Source of the DNA: Opitutales bacterium
Lineage (GTDB): Bacteria; Verrucomicrobiota; Verrucomicrobiia; Opitutales; Intestinicryptomonadaceae
Direction: 5' to 3'
Assembly: GCA_031547315.1 (NCBI GenBank)
Contig: JAVBSE010000053.1
Coordinates: 1-47,137, forward strand
DNA: 47,137 nucleotides
The notes under the pieces are model-generated. The model saw nothing but the letters and a program-made list of their open reading frames with translations. It made no database searches and was not told the origin of the DNA. Below are positions 9,907-20,316 of this stretch, piece by piece; the stretch's first letter is position 1, and every line of letters starts with the position of its first letter. The position numbers and the translations under genes are program-made.

Positions 9907-10677
9907 TTATTTAGCAGCCTTTGCCGCCGAGTTTACCAAAGCTGCAAAAGAATCTGCCTTCAAAGCTGCGCCGCCAATTAGACCGCCGTCGATATCTTTT
10001 TGTGCCAAAAGTTCGTCTGCATTTTCAGGCTTCATTGAACCGCCGTAAAGAATCTGAATCTTTTCTGCTGTTGCTGCGCCAAACATATCTGCAAGAATCT
10101 TGCGGATTCCTGCATGAACTTCCTGAGCCATTTCAGGAGTGGCAACTTTACCTGTGCCGATTGCCCAAACAGGTTCATAAGCAATAACAGTTTTTAGCGC
10201 TTCTGCTTCTGTCATATTTGCCATACCGCCCTTTGTTTGAGTAGCAACAACATCCATAGTTTTGTTGCCTTCACGCTCTGCCAAAGTTTCGCCTACGCAA
10301 AGAATTGGTTTTAAAGATGCAGCAACTGCAGCTTTTACCTTCTTATTGATAAGTGCATCATCTTCACAGAAGTATTGACGACGTTCGCTATGACCTAAAA
10401 TAACGTAAGAGCAATGAACATCACGCAACATTTCTGCAGAAATTTCGCCGGTGAATGCGCCATTTGCTTCAAAATACATATTCTGAGCGCCAAGCTTTAC
10501 ATTTGAATTTGCAATCACAGGTTCTACTGCTGCAAGCGATGTAAATGTAGGGCAAACAGCAATGTCAACCGAACTTACATTGCCAACTAACTCTACAACA
10601 CCTTTTGCAAGTGCTGCTGCGTCAGCAGAAGTTTTGTTCATCTTCCAATTACCTGCTATAAAATATCTTCTAGACAT
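9907..10677 (-). CDS. tpiA: Triosephosphate isomerase
   Basis: AGNWKMN, GHSERR, AYEPVWAIGTG, YGGS and GGLIGGA. Confidence 0.98.
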   Translation of the reverse strand: MSRRYFIAGNWKMNKTSADAAALAKGVVELVGNVSSVDIAVCPTFTSLAAVEPVIANSNVKLGAQNMYFEANGAFTGEISAEMLRDVHCSYVILGHSERRQYFCEDDALINKKVKAAVAASLKPILCVGETLAEREGNKTMDVVATQTKGGMANMTEAEALKTVIAYEPVWAIGTGKVATPEMAQEVHAGIRKILADMFGAATAEKIQILYGGSMKPENADELLAQKDIDGGLIGGAALKADSFAALVNSAAKAAK

Positions 10678-10700
10678 AATTTTTCTTTCCTTTTTTTAGA

Positions 10701-11927
10701 TTACTTATTGCAAGAACAGCAGCATTTTTTATCAAGCACTGCAACTCCCGGAAGCTCTTTGCCTTCCAAGAATTCCAAGCTTGCGCCGCCGCCTGTTGAA
10801 ATAAAGCTTACCTTGCTTGCGTAGCCTGACTTTTTAACTGCCTTAACAGAGTCGCCACCGCCAACAATGCTGATAGCGCCGCTATTAGCAACTGCTTCTG
10901 CTACTGCAAAAGTGCCAACTGCACATTCTTTGATTTCAAATATACCCATAGGTCCGTTCCAAAGAATAGTTTTGCTTGCAGCAACCTGAGCCTTATAAGC
11001 TTCAATAGTCTTAGGGCCAATATCAACACCTGACCAACCGTCTTCAATGCCGTCTGACATAACTTTAAGCGGGCTTACTTTGCCGCCTGCAAAGTCGATT
11101 TCCTGAGCACACTGATTATCAAGAGGCAAAAGGAACTTAACGCCCTTTTCTTTAGCCTTAGCAAGAGCTTCTTTAGCAAGCTCAACCTTATCAGCTTCAA
11201 CAAGGCTGTTGCCAACTTTTTTACCAAGAGCAAGAGCAAATGTGTAAGCCATTGCGCCGCCAATCAACATTGCATCGCACTTGTCTAGCAATGAATTGAT
11301 AACCATAAATTTGTCGGAAACTTTTGAACCGCCCAAAATAACTGTGAAAGGACGCACAGGTTCTTCTGTTTTTGAACCCATAAATTCCAATTCTTTTTCA
11401 ATCAAAAAGCCTGCAACTTTAACCGGAACAAAAGCTGCAACGCCTGCTGTTGTGGCGTGTGCTCTGTGAGCTGTGCCAAAGGCGTCGTTCACATAAACTT
11501 CTGCGCCTGTATCTGCAATTAACTTCTTTGCAAATTCTGTGTCGTTCTTCTTTTCTTCTGAATAGAAACGTGTGTTTTCTAACAAAACAACGTCGCCTTC
11601 TTTCATTTTTGAACAAGCTGCGACTACTTTTTCGCCAATGCAGTCGTCAACAAAAACAACGTCTTTGCCTAATTTTGCAGCCAATGCCTTTGCCACAGGA
11701 GCCAAAGAAAACTGCTTGTCTTCCTTTGATTTAGGACGCCCCAAGTGGCTTGTCAAAACAACTTTGCAACCCTGATCTATCAAATACTGAATTGTAGGAA
11801 GCGCACCAACAATGCGAGTGTCGTCTGTAATTGCGCCTGCTGCGTCTAAAGGCACGTTGAAGTCAACGCGCACGAATACTTTTTTACCCTTAATATCTAC
11901 GTCTTTAATTGTCTTAATTTTAGCCAT
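10701..11927 (-). CDS. pgk: Phosphoglycerate kinase
   Basis: [36 protein letters not shown] and [13 protein letters not shown]. Confidence 0.98.
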   Translation of the reverse strand: MAKIKTIKDVDIKGKKVFVRVDFNVPLDAAGAITDDTRIVGALPTIQYLIDQGCKVVLTSHLGRPKSKEDKQFSLAPVAKALAAKLGKDVVFVDDCIGEKVVAACSKMKEGDVVLLENTRFYSEEKKNDTEFAKKLIADTGAEVYVNDAFGTAHRAHATTAGVAAFVPVKVAGFLIEKELEFMGSKTEEPVRPFTVILGGSKVSDKFMVINSLLDKCDAMLIGGAMAYTFALALGKKVGNSLVEADKVELAKEALAKAKEKGVKFLLPLDNQCAQEIDFAGGKVSPLKVMSDGIEDGWSGVDIGPKTIEAYKAQVAASKTILWNGPMGIFEIKECAVGTFAVAEAVANSGAISIVGGGDSVKAVKKSGYASKVSFISTGGGASLEFLEGKELPGVAVLDKKCCCSCNK

Positions 11928-11964
11928 TGCCGTATATGTTTTTTAAATGCTTTTTTTTCTAATC

Positions 11965-11998
11965 AAAAAGCGGGCATAGGTAAAAACCTAATGCCCGC
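11965..11998 (-). terminator. Hairpin/partial terminator between gap and pgk
   Basis: GCGGGCAT(T)AGG...CCTATGCCCGC followed by T5 on the minus strand. Confidence 0.6.
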
Positions 11999-12020
11999 CA
12001 TAAATTTGATTCCTAAAGAA

Positions 12021-13070
<1,050 letters not shown>

Positions 13071-13109
13071 TTACTTTCCTATGGATTGATTTAAAAAATA
13101 ATCCTTCCG

Positions 13110-13138
13110 AATATGAATAAGTGTCTTGCCTCTGTCAA
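13110..13138 (-). promoter_or_regulatory. Putative sigma70 promoter of gap-pgk-tpiA
   Basis: Minus strand TTGACA-N17-CATATT, 46 nt upstream of the gap ATG. Confidence 0.55.
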
Positions 13139-13189
13139 GCCCCTTAAAAAAACTTTTTTCACTTTTTTAAAAATTTTTACAAAAAAAAC

Positions 13190-13220
13190 AAAAAAAGCCT
13201 CTGGCTAGTCAGAGGCTTTT
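13190..13220 (-). terminator. Rho-independent terminator (possibly bidirectional)
   Basis: AAAAGCCTCTG-GCTAGT-CAGAGGCTTTT with a long T tract on the minus strand. Confidence 0.8.
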
Positions 13221-13247
13221 AGATTTTAAGAGAAATTGCAAAAAATA

Positions 13248-15473
13248 TTAAATCTTTTGCAAAAGCTTTGTGCTATCCGCAGGAGCTTCTTGCTTTTGTT
13301 CTGCGGCAGGTGCTGCTTCAGCCTTTACTTCTGAAGTTTGGACGACAGGCGCCTCTTTCTTAAAGTGATTTCTTATGAAGCTATACTTCCACTCGCAAGC
13401 GCCAACAATTCCCAAAACTACAATTAAGCAGATAAAGAAATTCCTTACATAATGAGGCTTTTGGGCAAACAAATCCGGAGCAACTTTTGCACTGTGCGGA
13501 ATATGTGCAAGCCTAGTCAATGCTGCCCCAAGCTTAAAGCTGATTTTTGCTTTGGTATTTATTGCCCACAAATTTGCGTCCAAAAGCGGCGCCAAATTAC
13601 GCAAGCGCAGCTTCATTGCGGCTATTACCATTGATGGCAAAGAAATCAAAAGTATGATAATTACAAATAAAATCGGCAGCTTCCAAACAGGCAACTTGCC
13701 CAAAAATGCAAGCACCATTGCAATTGCCGATGTTATGCCGCCCACTGCAACGCCAATTGCGGCAAGCGTGCCTATGTCCATCTTTTTTGCAGGCGCATTA
13801 GGGTCTTTTGAAGCTTCCGCTCTTTTTGAAATACTTTCGCCAAGCGTTGCGTCTGCATTTTCAGAATGCTTGTTGATTAAAGAGCCAATCCAAGCGCCAA
13901 AACGCTTGTAAGGCTGCCAAAATGCCTCACGCACATTGATGGGGTTTTGTATAATTTGTGTGACGTGGGCGTCCCAATCTCTGCCTAATCTGTCTATGAA
14001 TAAGCCGTTTCTGCCTACAAAAATATTTTCTGCGTGCCCTGATGTAATGCCTGCAACAATCTGCATTGGCGCCTCGCCCGCCCTTGTGCAAGTGCAGTAA
14101 ACAAGGTAGATGTAGCTCATGGGCGCAAGTGTTGCATGGCGTGCAGGGTCGCTTACGCTTATGCATAAGTCGCATTGGCGCTGGTCGAAAAACAATTTGC
14201 CAACCTGGAAGATTGCTGTGCCGTCATGCTTATAAAAATGCTTGAAGTTTACAAAATTTATAATGAGCTCGTACAAATCTCTCTTGTACCTTACAAGCCT
14301 TTCAAGATTTGCAATATTTTCTACCTCGCCCTTGAAGCTCCAATCTTGAGCTATTAAGGCTGCAATTGTTCCCCTTGTTTTTGGGTTTGCAAGAATGTCT
14401 ATAATATCTGCATTAAGGCTTGAAATTCCCCCATCAACCTTGCTTGCAAGAAGCGCAACGTAAGGCGCAAATGCGCTTTTAATTTTTTGCCAGTCTTCTA
14501 GATTTAGGCCTGACAAAATGCCTAAACGAGTTAAAATATTTGCCTTAAATGCTATAAACCTGTCTATCCAAGCAGGGTTTATCGACGCATTTAAATCCAA
14601 AGAAAGTTTTGCACCAACATTTGCAAGAGGCAGCTTTTCAAGCTCTGTTAAAGAACCATCAGAGTCTAAAATTTTTGCAAATTTTTCTGCAGAGGCATTT
14701 ATAACCTCGGCCGCAGCAGCGTCAAAACTTATAGTTTTTGCGTATTCAAAATACTCGTCAATTTTCTGCTCTACTGCGCTGAATATTGGGTACAAAGCTT
14801 CAGTATCTGAAGAAAATTCCAGTTTAGTTTCTTTCAGCGTTTTTTGCCAGGCTAGATATGCGTCAAACTTTTCAAAAAATTCTTTAAATGACGCTTCACT
14901 TAGCCCATCAAGCCCGGACCTGTCTTTGCTTGCGCCCATTAGAGAAATTATTGCCTTAATGGCAAGCTTAACAGATACATCATCTGTAGCGTTTTCTGCA
15001 ATAATTCCGTCTGCATTAAAGCAGCCGTCTTGAAAGAGCTTAGCTTCGTCGGCAAAATCTTCTACTACAAGAACTGCGCCTTCGGCCTTGCCAAGATTCT
15101 TTGTAATTTCTCTGGCAATATTTGCAATAAATGCGCCCTCGGGGGTGGAAGTATTGATGTCTGACGCACTTAGTCCATCGCCTGCTTTTAACAAATAATC
15201 AGGATTTTTAAGATAAGAGCAGGCCCACTTAATTGCGGCAATAAGTTCTGCAGCCCTGATATGTCCGTCACCATCTGTGTCGATTAAATCAAGGGTTTTC
15301 TCATCTAAATATATGCCCCTTGTTGGGCAAGACAAGGCAGCCCAAAGCGTAAGGTCTAAAGACTCTAAATTTGCAATGTCTAAACCTGATGCGACATTAA
15401 CTTGATAGCCGCCGCCTGCCTTAAAGAAACTCCACCTATAATTATCGTCATCAATTTTTTCCATAGGTCTCAA
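13248..15473 (-). CDS. Conserved uncharacterised protein with N-terminal EF-hand-like loop and C-terminal membrane segments (741 aa)
   Basis: DTDGDGHIRAAE EF-hand-like 12-mer, LWAALSCPT, GRNGLFIDRLGRDWDA, about 3 C-terminal hydrophobic helices, and RNLAPLLDANLWAIN. Confidence 0.75.
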   Translation of the reverse strand: MRPMEKIDDDNYRWSFFKAGGGYQVNVASGLDIANLESLDLTLWAALSCPTRGIYLDEKTLDLIDTDGDGHIRAAELIAAIKWACSYLKNPDYLLKAGDGLSASDINTSTPEGAFIANIAREITKNLGKAEGAVLVVEDFADEAKLFQDGCFNADGIIAENATDDVSVKLAIKAIISLMGASKDRSGLDGLSEASFKEFFEKFDAYLAWQKTLKETKLEFSSDTEALYPIFSAVEQKIDEYFEYAKTISFDAAAAEVINASAEKFAKILDSDGSLTELEKLPLANVGAKLSLDLNASINPAWIDRFIAFKANILTRLGILSGLNLEDWQKIKSAFAPYVALLASKVDGGISSLNADIIDILANPKTRGTIAALIAQDWSFKGEVENIANLERLVRYKRDLYELIINFVNFKHFYKHDGTAIFQVGKLFFDQRQCDLCISVSDPARHATLAPMSYIYLVYCTCTRAGEAPMQIVAGITSGHAENIFVGRNGLFIDRLGRDWDAHVTQIIQNPINVREAFWQPYKRFGAWIGSLINKHSENADATLGESISKRAEASKDPNAPAKKMDIGTLAAIGVAVGGITSAIAMVLAFLGKLPVWKLPILFVIIILLISLPSMVIAAMKLRLRNLAPLLDANLWAINTKAKISFKLGAALTRLAHIPHSAKVAPDLFAQKPHYVRNFFICLIVVLGIVGACEWKYSFIRNHFKKEAPVVQTSEVKAEAAPAAEQKQEAPADSTKLLQKI

Positions 15474-15518
15474 TTAGGCGATTTTTCCTATTTTTTGCAA
15501 GCAATATCAAAAAGAACT

Positions 15519-16280
15519 TTAATCTTTTAAAGGAAAATCCACTTCGCCTGCTTCTATTTTTGCAATTGTGGCTTCCTGCGCTTTAGAAACTTTTCTTACT
15601 GTATGAATTGTTAAAGCTGCAAGAAGAAAGAAAAATAAATAGCCAAAAATATACATTACAATTGCAAATAAGATACCGGCTATTCCCAGCATTTGATCCT
15701 GAATTGCATTCATTATTTCTGCCTCGTTCATTTGGGCGCCGCCCTTGCTTATTACGTCATACACAATGTAAGACAAAACAGCCACCACAGCAAAAAATAT
15801 CAGCACAATTAAAAGAAGATAAAACAAACAAGCTAAAAACCACCAAAATATAAAACGATGCGGATAACGTTCATCATCTTTATCTACAAGGTTTGAGGCG
15901 AGCCAAATTTCTTTAAAAATTCTGTACTGCGTAAACACGTTCACAATAGGAATAATCAAATAAATTACAGACTTATCCGCGCTGATAATATCTTTTCCAT
16001 TTATTTTTTTAAAGCCCAACAATTCTTTATTCCATGCAGCCTTATGAACCCAAACAAAAAAAGAAATACCCCAAACAAACATAAGCACAATGGGCAATAA
16101 ACTTAAGCCATTAAACTGAGCCAAAGTTTCGCCTTCACTATCTGCAAAAGAAATATTATTAAATAAAATACCTAAAATTTCTAAAAACAAATACCCAATC
16201 AAAGAATAAGTAAAAATTTTTCTTATAAGTTTTAAATCTTTGAATTTTGGAATATTCCTTAGTTCTGTTTCTTCTGCCAT
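15519..16280 (-). CDS. DUF4328-like membrane protein
   Basis: F-x-x-W-x-H-K-A-x-x-N, IPIVN...Y.IFKEIW and F.WW pattern with 4-5 TM helices. Confidence 0.65.
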   Translation of the reverse strand: MAEETELRNIPKFKDLKLIRKIFTYSLIGYLFLEILGILFNNISFADSEGETLAQFNGLSLLPIVLMFVWGISFFVWVHKAAWNKELLGFKKINGKDIISADKSVIYLIIPIVNVFTQYRIFKEIWLASNLVDKDDERYPHRFIFWWFLACLFYLLLIVLIFFAVVAVLSYIVYDVISKGGAQMNEAEIMNAIQDQMLGIAGILFAIVMYIFGYLFFFLLAALTIHTVRKVSKAQEATIAKIEAGEVDFPLKD

Positions 16281-16291
16281 AGTTTTTAAAA

Positions 16292-17003
16292 TTAATTGTT
16301 TTCTGAAATGGTAATTTCATTCAAATCTACTTTTGCAATAATTTCAGTTTGAACATTTGAAATTTTTTTTACAATTCCAAATGCAAACGAAACAAAAAAT
16401 ATAGTCATAATATAAGAAAGAAAAATGACAGAAATTGGGTAAATATATAAACCTTCTGACGTATAACGAAGAAACTCGCCGTTTTCATCTACTACAATTC
16501 CGAGAACTAAGGTATCTTTTAGAGACAAGTAAATAAATGCAGAAATTGAAAACCAATAAAGTGCATTCCAAATTTTTATAAAAGTATAAGAATAACGCTT
16601 GTCATTTTTATCTGTAAAATTTGCGCTTAACCAAAGTTCCTTAAAAACAAAATAAGGCATAGAAATATTAATGACAGGAATTGTAAAACAAAAAATCGAA
16701 AATATTGGACCTATTGATTTTTTTGCCGTTTATCTTTTTAAAGCCCATTTTTTGTTTATTATAATTTGCCCTATACAGCCAAATTGAAAAAAATAAAAGA
16801 GTTAAAAAAGCAGGCATTATTCCTACAAATAATACTATTTCAGGCAAACTTATATCTGAAAAATTTCCATTGTCGTTATATGATTCATGAAAAATTATAC
16901 TCAGGGGAAACAAGACAAAAAAGTACGCAATAGTCAGAAAGCTAAGAAACGTATAAATTTTACGAACTTTTGTTATTTTTTTAAAATTAAGTTTTTTGCT
17001 CAT
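16292..17003 (-). pseudogene. DUF4328-like paralog split by a +1 frameshift in an A7 run
   Basis: Removing one A at 16718..16724 joins ORFs 16668..17003 and 16292..16660 to read GKKSIGPIFSIFCFTIPVINISMPYFVFKELW, colinear with the neighbouring paralog. Confidence 0.75.
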
Positions 17004-17124
17004 AATTATCTCTTCTCTTAGTGAGTATATTTATCAAAAAAATCTAAACCCGCAAATATAAAGACAATTAGATTAAGTTTTAATTTTTTATTTCGATAAT
17101 TTATTTATTAATCTTATTTTTATC

Positions 17125-17988
17125 ATGAAAAAAAGTCTTATCTTTAAATCGGTATCCATTTTTTCTTTTGCGTTTGTAAGTTCTGCATTGTTTGCGCAAG
17201 AAGGCAGCACGCCTGCTCAAAATTCTACAGCAGTAGAAACAGAAAAAGCAGCGCCCAAACAGCAAAGTCTTGAAGAAATTTCAAGAGCCTTAAGCAACCC
17301 TGTTGCGAATCTTATAAATGTTCCGATTCAGTTTAATTGGGACTATGGCGCAGGCACTTTTGATCATGGCAATGACTATCAAATGAAGATACAGCCTGTG
17401 ATTCCTATCCCAATTTCAGAAGACTGGCGCATACTCTCAAGAACTATTTTCATTGTAGAAAGCAAGCAAGACATGGGCTTTTCTTCTGAAACAGGCTTGG
17501 GTGACATTACACAGACTTTCTTTTTATCTCCCGCAAAACACAAAGATACAAAATTGGTTTGGGGCGTAGGCCCTGCATTTTTAATTCCAACAGCAACAGA
17601 AAATCATTTGGGGCAAAAAAAGTTTGGCATAGGCCCTTCTGCAGTGCTTGCCTATCAGCTTGAAGATTTCACACTTGGCGTGCTTGCAAATCATATTTGG
17701 GACGTTGCAGGATATTCCGACAGACCCTACGTTAGCCAAACTTTTGTGCAGCCCTTCTTTGCTTGGCACTTGCCACACGCAAGTACGCTAACACTAAACT
17801 CTGAATACGTTTACGACTGGCATGCCGGGCAAGAAACCTTCCCTATAAATTTAACAATAGGCAGAGTATTTAAGATTGGCAAATTGCCAGTAAACATTGC
17901 ATTTGGCGGCCGCTATTATATAGACAGACCAGACGATGGCCCAAAGTGGGGCTTGCGTTTACAAATAACACTAGTGTTCCCAGAGTAA
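17125..17988 (+). CDS. Putative outer-membrane beta-barrel channel (family often misannotated 'neuromedin U')
   Basis: Signal peptide, LSNPVANLINVPIQFN, QPVIP, GLGDI, WGVGP, alternating aromatic strands, and C-terminal LRLQITLVFP. Confidence 0.7.
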   Translation: MKKSLIFKSVSIFSFAFVSSALFAQEGSTPAQNSTAVETEKAAPKQQSLEEISRALSNPVANLINVPIQFNWDYGAGTFDHGNDYQMKIQPVIPIPISEDWRILSRTIFIVESKQDMGFSSETGLGDITQTFFLSPAKHKDTKLVWGVGPAFLIPTATENHLGQKKFGIGPSAVLAYQLEDFTLGVLANHIWDVAGYSDRPYVSQTFVQPFFAWHLPHASTLTLNSEYVYDWHAGQETFPINLTIGRVFKIGKLPVNIAFGGRYYIDRPDDGPKWGLRLQITLVFPE

Positions 17989-18000
17989 TTAAAAAGCATA

Positions 18001-18119
18001 ACTGCTTTTTAGGTTTAAATTCGGGGGCTAATTTTGCCCCCGAGCCCCAAAACGAAGGCAAAGCCCTCGACGTCAAGTGCTTGCGCACTTGGTAGTGATA
18101 CTCAAACAATTAAAGCAGT
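18001..18119. repeat. Multi-hairpin (cloverleaf-like) intergenic element, family 2
   Basis: Outer ACTGCTTT/AAAGCAGT and GTTT/AAAC stems enclose TCGGGGGC/GCCCCCGA, CGAAGGC/GCCCTCG and CAAGTGC/GCACTTG hairpins. Confidence 0.65.
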
Positions 18120-18285
18120 GTCTTTTATTTAATTTAAAGCATATTGCGTTGTATATTCGCAAATAAAATGTACCTACACTGACAGAATGATTTTCTGTTA
18201 AATGAGAGTAGTCACTTTAAAAATTTTTAAGAATTAGATTTTAGATTTTTTAGCTAGGATAAAAATAGAATTTTAATTTTTTGAC

Positions 18286-18415
18286 GCCTATTATTTCGGG
18301 ACACGCATCGCCACTTTGCATTTATACAGAAAATTAAAATTTCTCTGAAATTTATTTTCTGATGCAAAGTTAAGACTGTGCACGCACAGTCTTACGATGC
18401 GAGTCCACATGAGGC
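18286..18415. other. Three-way-junction structured intergenic element
   Basis: GGAC-A-CGCATCG/CGATGCG-A-GTCC closes two hairpins: ACTTTGCAT...CAGAAAAT...ATTTTCTG-ATGCAAAGT and TAAGACTGTG/CACAGTCTTA. Confidence 0.55.
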
Positions 18416-18515
18416 TTATGCTGTTCACACAAGTTTTTTACTAAAAGCAATGCTCCCCACTCAGGCGAAAACAAATGTAGTTTATTTTCGAAATAGTCTT
18501 TATGATGAAAAAATG

Positions 18516-19103
18516 CTATTTGCGAAGCCCTTCCATAAAACCCCGAGTCTGTCCATCAATTTCCCACTCAATCAAATAATAGTCTCTATCTTTTCCTTTC
18601 AGTAAAACTTCTTTAGGAGGGCCAAAACACGCCACTGCATCTTCAAAAACTTGAAAAGCATTTTTCCCATTTAACCCAGATAAATCTTTCACATTAACAG
18701 TTCCATCACTCACAAAAGTGAAATTATATAAAACAGATAAAGACGCACTTAAACGTATAAATTGCTTTGCATATTCATAAGGATCTTTAATACTGAGTAT
18801 ACTTATTGCTTCATGGATTCCTTGCAAACTTTTCTTACACGCCTCCTCACTAGAGCAATCAATGTAGCGTTCTGAAAGTGTAAGAGGTATATTTTCCTCT
18901 TCTTCAAGTTCTTGCAAAATGCCATCTGCAAGTTTTGTTTTAGCAGCTTCAGCTTGCGGCTTTTCTTCTTTAATGTCAACTTGCACGACTTCCGCAGCAG
19001 GAAAATTTTCCACTTCAAGTTTTGCTATCTTTTCTTTTTTCCCGCACGCACAAAATAGCGTTACTATAAATAGATAAGAAAGTGTTTTTATAAAAATTTT
19101 CAT
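18516..19103 (-). CDS. Hypothetical lipoprotein
   Basis: Basic N-terminus, hydrophobic stretch, and lipobox-like LFCAC-GKK. No family recognised. Confidence 0.6.
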   Translation of the reverse strand: MKIFIKTLSYLFIVTLFCACGKKEKIAKLEVENFPAAEVVQVDIKEEKPQAEAAKTKLADGILQELEEEENIPLTLSERYIDCSSEEACKKSLQGIHEAISILSIKDPYEYAKQFIRLSASLSVLYNFTFVSDGTVNVKDLSGLNGKNAFQVFEDAVACFGPPKEVLLKGKDRDYYLIEWEIDGQTRGFMEGLRK

Positions 19104-19140
19104 TATGTTTTTATTAAGTTAATAATTTTCTAAATGCTTT

Positions 19141-19171
19141 CAAATGGGGTGTCAGGCAAGTATACGAAAAA
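19141..19171 (+). repeat. Palindromic family 1, unit A, truncated left arm
   Basis: CAAATGGGGTGTCAGGCAAGTATACGAAAAA differs by 1 nt from 38832..38862. Confidence 0.8.
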
Positions 19172-19213
19172 CTCCAAAAAATAGTTTTCTTCAACAAGTA
19201 AATTGTGGATTAC

Positions 19214-19338
19214 AAAAAGTAGTCAAATTGTGCGTCGCACTAGGCGCAAAAAAAATCTGTGGAAGGAATGTATCGACATACTTGACTTTCACAGATTTTT
19301 TGCAGCAACAACGTGCCACGCCAATTTCACTACTTTTT
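19214..19338 (+). repeat. Palindromic family 1, unit B
   Basis: AGTCAAATTG.GCGTCGCAC-TAGGCGCAAAAAAAATCTGTGGAAG...CTTTCACAGATTTTTTGCAGCAACAAC-GTGCCACGCCAATTTCACT. Nearly identical to 38948..39059. Confidence 0.85.
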
Positions 19339-20316
19339 CGCAGGAAGAGTTTCTACGCCCTTAAGATCCCCACAAGCATACTGTATGCCGCGCATATACA
19401 TTTCGCAGATTTCAGGATTGCGCCAGTAAATGTCTAGGCGGTGCCCAAAAGCTCCGTAGAAAATTCTGCCCTTTTCATAAGTTTTTACCCAAACTAGCCC
19501 AAAGTCTTTCTGCTGATCTACAGGCAAATCTCTGCGTGATGTTCTCGACATTGCGTCAACAGGATTTCCGTCTTTGTCAGGGTCAACAGGGCTTCTGTCG
19601 TAATCTAAAGACATAAGCATTCTGCGATTATCTCTGCGATAGCCATCTTTGAAAGTATAAATTTCGTCTTGAATTTTAAATTCTCCATCTTTGAAAAGAC
19701 CCTTTGTGAGCACGTTTGTTTTGTCTTCAACAATGACCGTAACAGGCTTATTGCCTGCATTCCAAGGGTGGCCTGCAAATTTGCCGCCCATAAATTCAAC
19801 ATAGTCTGTTTGCTCGTGATGAACGTCGCAAGCTGCGTGCATACCCATAATGCCGCCGCCATTTGCTACGTAATCTTTAAGATTTTGGAAGTACTTGTTG
19901 TTGATTTCGTCGGCAGCTTTCTTTTCTTCAGCAGTCATTTTCTTGTAGTCAGCATCCATAGGACCAAAAAATCTGCTTGTTGGATTATTCATGATAATGC
20001 AGTCGTACTTTTTGAGATTTTCCGGCTCAAAATCTTTAGGATCTTCAGAGAAAGTAAGTTTCCAAGCTCCTTTGAAGTTCTTTTCCATAGCTTTCATAAG
20101 CTCGTTAAACGCAGGAATACCTTCGCCATGCCTATAGCCTGCTGTGCGAGAGTAGATTAAAATTTTGCGTGGCTTTGCGGGCTTTTTTAGCAAAGCCTTA
20201 GGCGCAGCTTCAGCAGTTTTTTGCAACTGTTCTTCTGTTAAAACTTTGTCTGCCGCATTTAAAGCAAACGAACCCATGAGCCCCATTACAAGAGCCATAA
20301 TCAACGATTTTCTCAT
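19330..20316 (-). CDS. Exported ThuA-domain (class I glutamine amidotransferase-like) protein
   Basis: Signal peptide, KILIYSRTAGYRH, GGGIMGMHAA, GGKFAGHPW, DEIY, and WVKTYEKGRIFYGAFGH. Confidence 0.85.
   Translation of the reverse strand: MRKSLIMALVMGLMGSFALNAADKVLTEEQLQKTAEAAPKALLKKPAKPRKILIYSRTAGYRHGEGIPAFNELMKAMEKNFKGAWKLTFSEDPKDFEPENLKKYDCIIMNNPTSRFFGPMDADYKKMTAEEKKAADEINNKYFQNLKDYVANGGGIMGMHAACDVHHEQTDYVEFMGGKFAGHPWNAGNKPVTVIVEDKTNVLTKGLFKDGEFKIQDEIYTFKDGYRRDNRRMLMSLDYDRSPVDPDKDGNPVDAMSRTSRRDLPVDQQKDFGLVWVKTYEKGRIFYGAFGHRLDIYWRNPEICEMYMRGIQYACGDLKGVETLPAKK

Noticed and set aside
18001-18119. Cloverleaf as a tRNA gene
   Set aside because: It is too long, with no GTTCRA T-loop, no D-loop GG consensus, and no proper acceptor stem or CCA.
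18355-18400. Hammerhead ribozyme core (CTGATG...)
   Set aside because: The sequence is CTGATGCA rather than CUGANGA, it lies within a stem, and no correctly placed GAAA follows.
19144-19437. ORFs 19144..19437, 34610..34831, 36630..36836, 17870..18109 and 18378..18605
   Set aside because: They run through palindromic repeats or antisense to real genes and lack protein-like features.
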